Assembly: GCA_964201295.1 (NCBI GenBank)
Contig: CAXNDN010000001.1
Span: 1-39,106, forward strand
Direction: 5' to 3'
Length of the DNA stretch: 39,106 nucleotides
Origin: Candidatus Planktophila sp.
Lineage (GTDB): Bacteria > Actinomycetota > Actinomycetes > Nanopelagicales > Nanopelagicaceae
Below are positions 1 through 7,811 of the stretch, piece after piece (within the stretch, counting starts at the first letter, position 1; every line of letters begins with the position of its first letter). Made by a program: the position numbers and the translations under genes. The notes under the pieces are model-generated. The model saw only the letters and a list, made by a program, of their open reading frames with translations. It was not told the origin of the DNA and ran no database searches.

Positions 1-183
1 GTTGATATAAATGCCACACATCACAAATCAGCGACGTCAGGTTTTGTTACTGCGGTTGCAACAGCGGTCTCCTTGGGGAAGACCCTGTGCTCCTATGAAA
101 TTGTGATCACAAATGAGGCCGGCCAAAGAACCTGCACCGCTCGGATAACCTGCTTGATCCTTGCCGAGGCCGCGGTCCGTTAG
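1..183 (+). CDS. PaaI/hotdog-fold acyl-CoA thioesterase, 3' part (5'-truncated by window edge)
   Basis: Not in the ORF track. My frame-1 translation is VDINATHHKSATSGFVTAVATAVSLGKTLCSYEIVITNEAGQRTCTARITCLILAEAAVR*, with stop TAG at 181-183. The 'INATHH' segment and beta-strand pattern match the C-terminal half of PaaI/MenI-type thioesterases. Confidence 0.85.
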   Translation, partial: VDINATHHKSATSGFVTAVATAVSLGKTLCSYEIVITNEAGQRTCTARITCLILAEAAVR

Positions 184-244
184 TTAAGGTTAGCCCCCTA
201 GCAAGAGCAATCTGCATCCAACGATTGATGCACTGAAAAAAGAT

Positions 245-1552
245 GTGGAGTGCGACTTGAATTTTGTAAGTAAGAAGATGAGCGCCCGCTTCATCCTCTC
301 GTTCATCACCGTACTAAGCGCGGCAGCTGGTTTCTCTTCGGTTTCAGCACCTGCACACGCTGCTGATAAACCGACCAAGCTCTATGGGGTAGTTACAAGT
401 TCTACCGAAGAACCACTTTCCGGAATTGGTATCTCAATTGTGGGTCCAGAAGACTTTAGCGCTGAGATTAAAACCGACTCACTTGGAAAATGGGAAGTTC
501 TTATCCCAACTAAAGGCACATATAGCGCGACCATCAATGAGGGCGATCTTCCTTCGGGGCAAGCGCTAACTGATCCAACGAAAGGAACGGTCAAGGCAAA
601 TGTTTTCATGCTTGGAGTGGAGCTTCGACTTCTCTTTCCTGTAGGACCAGGAGTTGAGAAAGCCACCATACTGGAACGTTCGGCTCAATTGACGGTAGAT
701 GGATTAATTCTGGGACTGATTATTGCTTTAGCAGCCTTGGGATTAAACCTAATTTTTGGAACAACTGGGCTAACAAACTTTGCCCACGGTGAGATATTAA
801 CCTTTGCCGGGCTCCTTACCTATTACTTTAGCGCCATAGCAAAACTACCGGTTCTTTTAGCCGCACCGATCGCAGTTTTGCTCAGTGCATTCATTTCAGG
901 ATTTTTGCAGGATAGGTACCTTTGGAAACCCCTGCGCAAACGTGGAACCGGGTTAATTGCAATGCTGGTTGTTTCAATTGGATTTGCAATCTTTTTGCGT
1001 TATTTCTTCCTTTTCCTCTTTGGCGGAGATACACGACAACTTCCACAGTACGCAGGACAAGCTGGGCTTGAACTTGGCCTCGTCAACATCACTCCAAAAT
1101 CAATTCTTACAACTGTCATTGGAATCGGATTTATTGTTTTTGCAACGTTATGGCTCCTTCGTACCCGAATGGGTAAGGCGAGCAGGGCTGTTGCAGATAA
1201 TCCTGCCTTAGCCTCTGCTTCAGGAATTGATGTTCAAAAAGTTATTCGAGCGGTATGGATTTTGGGTGCAGCCCTGGCTGGTTACGCCGGTGTCATCGTT
1301 ACTGTCAACCAAGGGGTCAGCTTCCTTATGGGACAGGACATGCTCCTTCTCATATTTGCAGCCGTAACATTAGGTGGATTGGGTACCGCTAATGGCGCAC
1401 TTGTTGGCTCATTGATCATTGGTCTCTTTGTTCAATTATCAACGTTATTTATTCCTACTGAGTTGAAGTATGTAGGCGCATTGATCGTTCTGATCTTGAT
1501 TTTGATTGTTCGCCCTCAGGGAATTCTGGGCCGGAAAGAGAGGATTGGCTAA
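245..1552 (+). CDS. livH: Branched-chain amino acid ABC transporter permease (LivH-type) with an extra N-terminal signal peptide and extracytoplasmic domain
   Basis: C-terminal ~290 aa carry LivH motifs (ALGLNLIFGTTGLTNFAHGE; TRMGKASRAVADNPALASASGID; RPQGILG). The true start may be TTG 257 (GGAG 6 nt upstream) or ATG 278. Confidence 0.9.
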   Translation: MECDLNFVSKKMSARFILSFITVLSAAAGFSSVSAPAHAADKPTKLYGVVTSSTEEPLSGIGISIVGPEDFSAEIKTDSLGKWEVLIPTKGTYSATINEGDLPSGQALTDPTKGTVKANVFMLGVELRLLFPVGPGVEKATILERSAQLTVDGLILGLIIALAALGLNLIFGTTGLTNFAHGEILTFAGLLTYYFSAIAKLPVLLAAPIAVLLSAFISGFLQDRYLWKPLRKRGTGLIAMLVVSIGFAIFLRYFFLFLFGGDTRQLPQYAGQAGLELGLVNITPKSILTTVIGIGFIVFATLWLLRTRMGKASRAVADNPALASASGIDVQKVIRAVWILGAALAGYAGVIVTVNQGVSFLMGQDMLLLIFAAVTLGGLGTANGALVGSLIIGLFVQLSTLFIPTELKYVGALIVLILILIVRPQGILGRKERIG

Positions 1553-2548
1553 ATGGACATTCTCTTTATTATTCAACAGACCTTGAGTGCAACTCTTGGA
1601 GTTAATGCGATTATATTTGCGCTGGCTGCAATTGGATTGAATATGCACTTTGGTTACACAGGTTTGCTCAACTTTGGTCAGGCTGGCTTTCTAGCAATTG
1701 GTGCTTACAGCGTCGCAGTACCGGTTATCTCCTTTGGAATTTCACTTTGGGTAGCTCTCTTAATTGGAATCATAAATTCGATTCTCTTTGCCTTGCTTCT
1801 CGGAGTTCCGACTTTAAGACTACGGGCTGATTATCTTGCAATCGTAACAATCGCTGCCGCCGAAATCGTTCGACAGATTGCACGCTCTGCAACATTTAAT
1901 GAATCACTCGGTGGATCCGATGGTATAACTGGAAAGTTCGGTAAGGAGTTCTTCGACCTTAATCCGTTTAAAGAAGGTCTTACAACTCCTATTCTTCGCT
2001 TTAATGGAAACGATCTTTGGGTTGTTATAACTGGTTGGATTCTGGTAGCGATAATTACTTTTATTATGTGGGTTATGGTCAACTCACCATGGGGTCGGGT
2101 TATGCGCGCTATTCGTGAAGATGAGGATGCTGTTCGCTCACTCGGTAAAAACGTCTACCTTTACAAAATGCAGTCACTGATCATTGGTGGCGTCATCGGG
2201 TCCATGGGTGGCTTTGTATATGCCCTATCGCGACAGTCAGTCCAACCAGATAACTACGGAACAGCGCTAACTTTCTTTGCATACACAGTACTTATTCTTG
2301 GAGGCGCTGCAAGAGTCTTTGCGCCAATCGTGGGGGCAATGATTTTCTGGTTCCTGATCGTATTTATTGAACAAATTCTGCGTGCAGGAGTGACTTCCAA
2401 CTTGATTCCAGATTGGCTCATTGGAGTAAATCAAGTCGGACAGATTCGATTCATGCTAATGGGTCTTGGATTAATGCTCTTGATGATCTTTAGGCCACAG
2501 GGAATCTTTGGCGATAAGAAGGAGTTGGCACTAGATGCAAAAGCATAA
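1553..2548 (+). CDS. livM: Branched-chain amino acid ABC transporter permease (LivM-type)
   Basis: GLNMHFGYTGLLNFGQAGF, LRLRADYLAIVTIA, SPWGRVMRAIREDEDA and RPQGIFG motifs. Starts immediately after the livH stop. Confidence 0.93.
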   Translation: MDILFIIQQTLSATLGVNAIIFALAAIGLNMHFGYTGLLNFGQAGFLAIGAYSVAVPVISFGISLWVALLIGIINSILFALLLGVPTLRLRADYLAIVTIAAAEIVRQIARSATFNESLGGSDGITGKFGKEFFDLNPFKEGLTTPILRFNGNDLWVVITGWILVAIITFIMWVMVNSPWGRVMRAIREDEDAVRSLGKNVYLYKMQSLIIGGVIGSMGGFVYALSRQSVQPDNYGTALTFFAYTVLILGGAARVFAPIVGAMIFWFLIVFIEQILRAGVTSNLIPDWLIGVNQVGQIRFMLMGLGLMLLMIFRPQGIFGDKKELALDAKA

Positions 2549-3389
2549 CTCCGGGGCAGACTTTGCCTTGACTACTTCGCAAACTGCTGGATCTTCAAAG
2601 CCAGATCCTATTTTGATTGCAGATAAAATAACGCGCCAATTCGGTGGGTTAACCGCCGTCAACGTTGATCACGTGGAGATACAACGCGGTTCAATCACAG
2701 CGTTGATCGGCCCAAATGGCGCGGGAAAAACTACCTTCTTTAATCTTTTAACAGGCTATGACTCCCCTAATTCGGGAACCTGGAGTTTTAACGGCAAGGC
2801 GCTCAACGGAATTCCGCCACATAAAGTTGCCAGACTCGGAATGGTTCGGACTTTTCAGTTAACCAAAGCGCTCTACCGACTAACAGTTATGGAAAATATG
2901 TTGCTCGGTGCTAGAGCGCAAAAGGGAGAATCGGTTCTTCTCTCGGTTTTTCCTTGGATCTGGCGCGCGCAAGAGGCGCAGATCCAGGTAAAAGCGACAT
3001 CTATTCTTACGAAATTTAAACTTCTGGAAAAGCAAGATGATTTTGCTGCAGCTCTATCAGGAGGACAGAGAAAACTTCTCGAAATGGCAAGAGCGCTGAT
3101 GGTTGAGCCAGAAATGGTCATGCTTGATGAGCCAATGGCCGGCGTGAACCCTGCACTGAAACAATCCCTCTTGGAACATATCAAAGATTTACGCAGTGAG
3201 GGAAAGACAGTTCTCTTCGTTGAACACGACATGGATATGGTTCATGAGATTAGCGACTGGGTAATTGTCATGGCACAGGGTCAAATTATTGCCGAGGGTA
3301 CTCCAGCGAGTGTTATGGGAAATTCTCAGGTGATTGAAGCTTATTTGGGATCTCATCACGATACAGATTTATCAAGCGAAGGAGCGTGA
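2535..3389 (+). CDS. livG: Branched-chain amino acid ABC transporter ATP-binding subunit (LivG-type)
   Basis: FGGLTAV, Walker A GPNGAGKTT, LSGGQ signature, LDEPMAG, VEHDM, C-terminal VIEAYLG. Confidence 0.93.
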   Translation: MQKHNSGADFALTTSQTAGSSKPDPILIADKITRQFGGLTAVNVDHVEIQRGSITALIGPNGAGKTTFFNLLTGYDSPNSGTWSFNGKALNGIPPHKVARLGMVRTFQLTKALYRLTVMENMLLGARAQKGESVLLSVFPWIWRAQEAQIQVKATSILTKFKLLEKQDDFAAALSGGQRKLLEMARALMVEPEMVMLDEPMAGVNPALKQSLLEHIKDLRSEGKTVLFVEHDMDMVHEISDWVIVMAQGQIIAEGTPASVMGNSQVIEAYLGSHHDTDLSSEGA

Positions 3390-3392
3390 GTA

Positions 3393-4130
3393 ATGAGTTC
3401 ATCTGAGACTACAGCGCTGGTTTCTGCGAAGGATTTAGTAGCCGGGTACCTGCCTGGAATCAATATTCTCAATGGCTGTAATTTGTATGCCAATAAAGGA
3501 GAACTCGTAGGCATCATTGGGCCCAACGGAGCGGGTAAGTCAACTTTGCTTAAGGCCTTATTTGGTCTTGTAAAAATACGTGAAGGTAACGTCAATCTCG
3601 CTCGCGAAGAGATTACAAATATGAGAGCAGACCAATTAGTCGCCCGAGGAATAGGTTTCGTTCCGCAAAGCAACAATGTTTTTCCATCTTTAACAATTGA
3701 GGAAAACCTTCAGATGGGCGCCTTTCAATCTCCTGATCAATTCTCAGAGCGCTTTGACTTTGTCACCGAACTTTTTCCAACTCTTAGAACTCGCCGCAAG
3801 CAGAGAGCTGGTTCTTTATCTGGTGGTGAGCGCCAGATGGTTGCTATGGGTAGAGCTCTTATGATGAATCCATCTGTACTCCTGCTAGATGAACCGAGTG
3901 CTGGACTATCCCCTGCCTTACAGGATGAAGTCTTTGTACGTGTTCGTGAGATTAATAAGATTGGAGTAACGGTAATCATGGTCGAGCAAAACGCACGTAG
4001 ATGTTTGCAGATCGTTGATCGAGGTTATGTTTTAGATCAAGGAAAGAATGCCTACGAAGGAACCGGCAAGTCTCTTTCAACGGATCCTAAAGTCATTGAA
4101 CTCTATCTAGGTACTCTGGCTAAAAAGTAA
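3393..4130 (+). CDS. livF: Branched-chain amino acid ABC transporter ATP-binding subunit (LivF-type)
   Basis: GPNGAGKST, AGSLSGGERQMVAMGRALM, LLDEPSAGLSP, VEQNA, LYLG. Confidence 0.93.
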   Translation: MSSSETTALVSAKDLVAGYLPGINILNGCNLYANKGELVGIIGPNGAGKSTLLKALFGLVKIREGNVNLAREEITNMRADQLVARGIGFVPQSNNVFPSLTIEENLQMGAFQSPDQFSERFDFVTELFPTLRTRRKQRAGSLSGGERQMVAMGRALMMNPSVLLLDEPSAGLSPALQDEVFVRVREINKIGVTVIMVEQNARRCLQIVDRGYVLDQGKNAYEGTGKSLSTDPKVIELYLGTLAKK

Positions 4131-4150
4131 CTTTTTTTACTCTTCAGATA

Positions 4151-4188
4151 TAAGAATGGCCCGCCGGTTAACCGGCGGGCCATTCTTA
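4151..4188. terminator. Bidirectional intrinsic terminator (perfect 38-bp palindrome) between convergent livF and livK
   Basis: TAAGAATGGCCCGCCGGTT|AACCGGCGGGCCATTCTTA: 19-bp arms, GC-rich core, A/T-rich flanks, located between two convergent stop codons. Confidence 0.88.
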
Positions 4189-4204
4189 CTATGTATTTAG
4201 CTAA

Positions 4205-5431
4205 TTACTCGCCCGCTGGCACATCACCAGAGATGAACTCTGCTGGAAGCGCTACGTACTTGTCATTTGCTTCGTAAACATACACACCCATTGTTGCGTA
4301 TGAAGGATCGCCATTGTCTGCGAACTCTATTGGACCAGAAACACCGTCATAGTCGATGTCTGTTCCTTCTTCGATGAGAGCCTTGCACTCAGCAAAAGTT
4401 GTGCACTTTGTGCCATCCTTTGAAACAGAGACTAGGTTGTCGCGGATGGTCTTACCATCTGTTGCTCCACCCTGTTCTGCTGCAAGTGCGATCAAAACTA
4501 CTGCATCGTATGACTCAGCAGCATATGAGAAGTCTGTCAAAGCTGGATCTACTGAAAGTAGACGCTCCTGCAAACTTCCATCAGCCAAAACGCCAGGAAG
4601 GGTTGCCTTAACACCCTTCATGATTCCTGCAGGAAGATCCTTGTAAGCACCGCTTGAAAGGTTTCCGTCTACTAGGTAAGTCTTAACCTTGTCAGGCCCG
4701 ATTCCCTGCTTGATTAACTCAGTGAAAATCTTTGCTGTCTCATCGAAGCCGATTATTGCAATCGCATCCGGCTTTGCAGCCTTTGCCTTTGCAACATCTG
4801 CTGAGAATTCAGCTGCCTGTGGGTTATAGACAATATTTGTTGATGTACCAGTAAATGCAGCCATTGCGTACTTAGCAAGACCGTTACCGTATGCATCATC
4901 AAGGTTTAGAATTACAGCGTTTGTTGCGCCTTCCTTAGCCATCAACTGACCAAGAACTGCTCCCTGGAAAGTATCTGAAGGAGCGGAGCGGAAGTAGTAA
5001 CCGTCATCTGCATAGTTTGTGAAATCTGGTGATGTGTTTGCTGGTGAGAAGTGGACAATTCCAGCTCCTGCAATCTTGTCGATCACAGTAAATGAAACTC
5101 CAGATGATGCCGCACCAACAATTGCACTTACACCTGCTGCAATATGTGAGTCAGCAGTCTGCTGCGCGATATCAGTACTTGTATCTCCTGAATCACCACG
5201 GACGTGCTCAATATTTTCTCCAAGTACTCCACCTGCAGCGTTGATATCAGCAATAGCTAAATCAACTCCTGCAAATTCTGGGGGTCCGAGGAAGGCTAGG
5301 CTGCCTGTCTCAGGCAATAATGAACCAATCTTTAGAGGACCAGATGCTGTTCCCCCACCACCGCAGCCAGCAAGAACTAAGCTAGCGACAGCAGTAGCAA
5401 CCACGATGGCTGCCTTGTTGAATTTCTGCAT
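4205..5431 (-). CDS. livK: Branched-chain amino acid ABC transporter substrate-binding lipoprotein (LivK/LivJ family)
   Basis: ATG at 5431 preceded by AAAGGAG. Lipobox LVLAG-C, then LKIGSLLPETGSLAFLG, VGAASSGVS and YFRSAPSD, typical of periplasmic binding protein type 1. Confidence 0.9.
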   Translation of the reverse strand: MQKFNKAAIVVATAVASLVLAGCGGGGTASGPLKIGSLLPETGSLAFLGPPEFAGVDLAIADINAAGGVLGENIEHVRGDSGDTSTDIAQQTADSHIAAGVSAIVGAASSGVSFTVIDKIAGAGIVHFSPANTSPDFTNYADDGYYFRSAPSDTFQGAVLGQLMAKEGATNAVILNLDDAYGNGLAKYAMAAFTGTSTNIVYNPQAAEFSADVAKAKAAKPDAIAIIGFDETAKIFTELIKQGIGPDKVKTYLVDGNLSSGAYKDLPAGIMKGVKATLPGVLADGSLQERLLSVDPALTDFSYAAESYDAVVLIALAAEQGGATDGKTIRDNLVSVSKDGTKCTTFAECKALIEEGTDIDYDGVSGPIEFADNGDPSYATMGVYVYEANDKYVALPAEFISGDVPAGE

Positions 5432-5495
5432 TTTTTCTCCTTTAGTAAGTTCCGTTATCAAAGGTATCTAGATGACCTTCAAGAAGGGCTACCGA

Positions 5496-5501
5496 AGTAT
5501 A
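5496..5501 (-). promoter_or_regulatory. Putative sigma-70 -10 element (TATACT) for livK
   Basis: Minus-strand TATACT about 65 nt upstream of the livK ATG, in the livK-pdtaR intergenic region. Confidence 0.5.
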
Positions 5502-5623
5502 ACTAGCCATCAACTAATCGTAAACACCAATTTGCGCTCGATAATGGGCTGATTCCAGGTTAAATTCACGGAACCTGGGGAGGAATTATGTCGCAATTTG
5601 CCAAGATCATGTTGCTGGGGCGG

Positions 5624-6232
5624 TTAAGAAGGAAACTGCTCGGCCTGCTTTGGGTCGATCACTGCCAAGGCCACTTCTTTCATTGTGAGCCTTCTATCCA
5701 TCGCTGCCTTTTGAATCCAGGAAAAAGCTTGTGGCTCACTCAAATTAAGGGCAGCCATCAAAATACCTTTTGCTTTGTCAATGATTTTGCGGGTCTCTAG
5801 CCGCTCGTGAAGATCGGCTACTTCATCAGCAAGTGATCGCATCTGCAGATGCCGACTTATAGCAATTTCGATTGCTGGAACTAGATCACCGATGGAAAAT
5901 GGTTTAACAACGTAGGCCATTACTCCCGCATCACGTGCTCGTTCGACAAGTTCGCGTTGCGAGAAAGCAGTCAGCATCAAAACTGGCGCGATTGCAATGA
6001 TCTTCTCCGCTGCAGATATCCCGTCTAGTACCGGCATTTTGACATCGAGAATCGCTAAATCAGGTTTATGTACTTGTGCTAACTCAATCGCTTCTGCACC
6101 ATCGGCGGCTTCCGCCACAACCTCGTAGCCTGCCTCACCCAACATCTCGACTAGGTCCATACGGATAAGCGCTTCATCTTCGGCAACGAGAATTCTGATC
6201 CGGGATGTTGTCGTACTACTTGTTGAGTTCAT
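5624..6232 (-). CDS. pdtaR: ANTAR-domain response regulator (PdtaR/Rv1626-like)
   Basis: REC domain (VAEDEALIRMDL, LDVKMP, AYVVKPF) plus ANTAR domain (LETRKIIDKAKGILM...AFSWIQKAAMDRRLTMKEVA). Confidence 0.93.
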   Translation of the reverse strand: MNSTSSTTTSRIRILVAEDEALIRMDLVEMLGEAGYEVVAEAADGAEAIELAQVHKPDLAILDVKMPVLDGISAAEKIIAIAPVLMLTAFSQRELVERARDAGVMAYVVKPFSIGDLVPAIEIAISRHLQMRSLADEVADLHERLETRKIIDKAKGILMAALNLSEPQAFSWIQKAAMDRRLTMKEVALAVIDPKQAEQFPS

Positions 6233-6233
6233 G

Positions 6234-6306
6234 TGCCTCGAGTCGGATTCGAACCGACACTATGCAGTGTTTGAGACTGCCCTCTCTACCGTTGGAGTAC
6301 CGAGGC
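6234..6306 (-). tRNA. tRNA-Leu(CAA), 73 nt, short variable loop, CCA not encoded
   Basis: Minus-strand cloverleaf: acceptor GCCTCGG/TCGAGGC plus A73; D arm CTC..GG..GAG; anticodon stem GCAGT/ACTGC with loop CT-CAA-AC (anticodon at 6271-6273); variable loop ATAGT; T arm GTCGG-TTCGAAT-CCGAC. Confidence 0.95.
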
Positions 6307-6321
6307 CTTCAACTGCAAATC

Positions 6322-7761
6322 TTAACGGTAAGCAGGAGCCGCGCCACCCACTGCATCGCCTACGCGGTGAACGCGCATCGCATTGGTTGAGCCTGGGATT
6401 CCGGGAGGTGATCCAGCGACAATTACAACCAGCTCACCTTCTTTGCAGCGCTTTGACTTAAGTAGAAAAGTATCAACCTGCATAACCATTTGATCGGTGT
6501 GCTTCACCATCGCCGTTAACTCCGGTTCTACTCCCCAGTCAAGTGCCATCCGGTTATAGGTTCCGACTTCAGGTGTAAATGCCAAGATTGGAATTGGTGA
6601 GCGCAGACGTGCAGTACGTCGCGCCGAATCACCTGATTGAGTAAAGGTAACTAAGTATTTAGCACCAACAATTGCACCCACTTCAGCTGCTGCCTTGGTG
6701 ATTGCGCCACCTTTAGTCTTTGGCGTTGATTTCATTGGGCGGATCATGTCCATTCCGCCCTCTTCAGTGTGGGTAATAATGCGCGCCATTGTCTGGACGG
6801 CTTCAATAGCAAATGCCCCAACGGAAGTTTCTCCAGATAACATCAAAGCGTCAGCGCCATCTAGAACCGCGTTTGCGCAATCTGTCGCTTCGGCGCGAGT
6901 TGGACGAGAATTTGTAATCATTGAATCCAGCATTTGGGTTGCAACAATGACAGGTTTTGCTGCTTCGCGGGCCAGCTGGATGCAATGTTTTTGTACTAAA
7001 GGCACCTCTTCTATTGGAAGTTCAACGCCTAAATCTCCGCGCGCCACCATAATGCCATCGAAGGCGTTGACAATCTCTTGTAAATTTTCTACCGCCTGAG
7101 GTTTTTCGATTTTGGCTATAACTGGGATGCGAATTCCAACCTCATCCATAATGCGGTGCACATCGACGATGTCATCTGCGCTGCGAACAAATGAGAGCGC
7201 GATGAAATCTGCACCTACTTTTAATCCCCAGCGAAGATCATCCTTATCTTTCTCAGAGAGTGCAGGAACTGAAACGGCCACACCAGGCAAGTTAATTCCC
7301 TTGTTGTTGCTGACAGCGCCGGGTTCAATAACCTTGGTTACAACATCGTTACCCTTAACTTCAATAACCTCGACGGTAACTTTTCCATCATCTATCAAAA
7401 TTCGATCTCCCGCTTTACAATCACCAGGTAAACCTTTATAGGTTGTACCAACACGATCTTTGGTTCCTTCAACATCATCCGTAGTAATTATGAAGATATC
7501 TCCGCGCACTAAATCATGTGGCCCAGCTTTAAATCGCGCTAGACGAATCTTGGGTCCTTGCAAGTCAACTAAAATTGCTACTGGCACGCCAGCTTCCTTA
7601 GCCGCCATGCGTACCTGATCTAAACGGGCTTGATGTTCTGAATAGCCCCCGTGTGAGAGATTGAGGCGCGCCATATTCATTCCGGCATCGATAAGCTCAC
7701 GAACTTTTTCGGGTGAATCCACTGCCGGACCCATTGTGCAAACAATCTTCGCGCGACGCAT
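6322..7761 (-). CDS. pyk: Pyruvate kinase
   Basis: MRRAKIVCTMGPA, ARLNLSHG, DLQGPKIR, IAKIEKPQA, MVARGDLGVE, ATQMLDSM, MLSGETS. Confidence 0.98.
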   Translation of the reverse strand: MRRAKIVCTMGPAVDSPEKVRELIDAGMNMARLNLSHGGYSEHQARLDQVRMAAKEAGVPVAILVDLQGPKIRLARFKAGPHDLVRGDIFIITTDDVEGTKDRVGTTYKGLPGDCKAGDRILIDDGKVTVEVIEVKGNDVVTKVIEPGAVSNNKGINLPGVAVSVPALSEKDKDDLRWGLKVGADFIALSFVRSADDIVDVHRIMDEVGIRIPVIAKIEKPQAVENLQEIVNAFDGIMVARGDLGVELPIEEVPLVQKHCIQLAREAAKPVIVATQMLDSMITNSRPTRAEATDCANAVLDGADALMLSGETSVGAFAIEAVQTMARIITHTEEGGMDMIRPMKSTPKTKGGAITKAAAEVGAIVGAKYLVTFTQSGDSARRTARLRSPIPILAFTPEVGTYNRMALDWGVEPELTAMVKHTDQMVMQVDTFLLKSKRCKEGELVVIVAGSPPGIPGSTNAMRVHRVGDAVGGAAPAYR

Positions 7762-7767
7762 GTGGCA

Positions 7768-7773
7768 ACCTTA
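7768..7773 (-). promoter_or_regulatory. -10 element (TAAGGT) of a leaderless pyk transcript
   Basis: TAAGGT-6 nt-ATG with no Shine-Dalgarno sequence. Confidence 0.65.
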
Positions 7774-7811
7774 TCTAATTGAGTTAATAACTTGTAAGTT
7801 CAGTGGAGCCT

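Noticed and set aside
5555-5578. Inverted repeat CCAGGTT-N10-AACCTGG downstream of pdtaR
   Set aside because: It has only 7-bp arms, a long loop and no U-tract. It could be a weak terminator or operator, but is not distinguishable from chance.
6234-6306. tRNA as an integration site for an island or prophage
   Set aside because: There is no integrase and no duplicated tRNA 3' end, and the flanks are core genes with no visible compositional shift.
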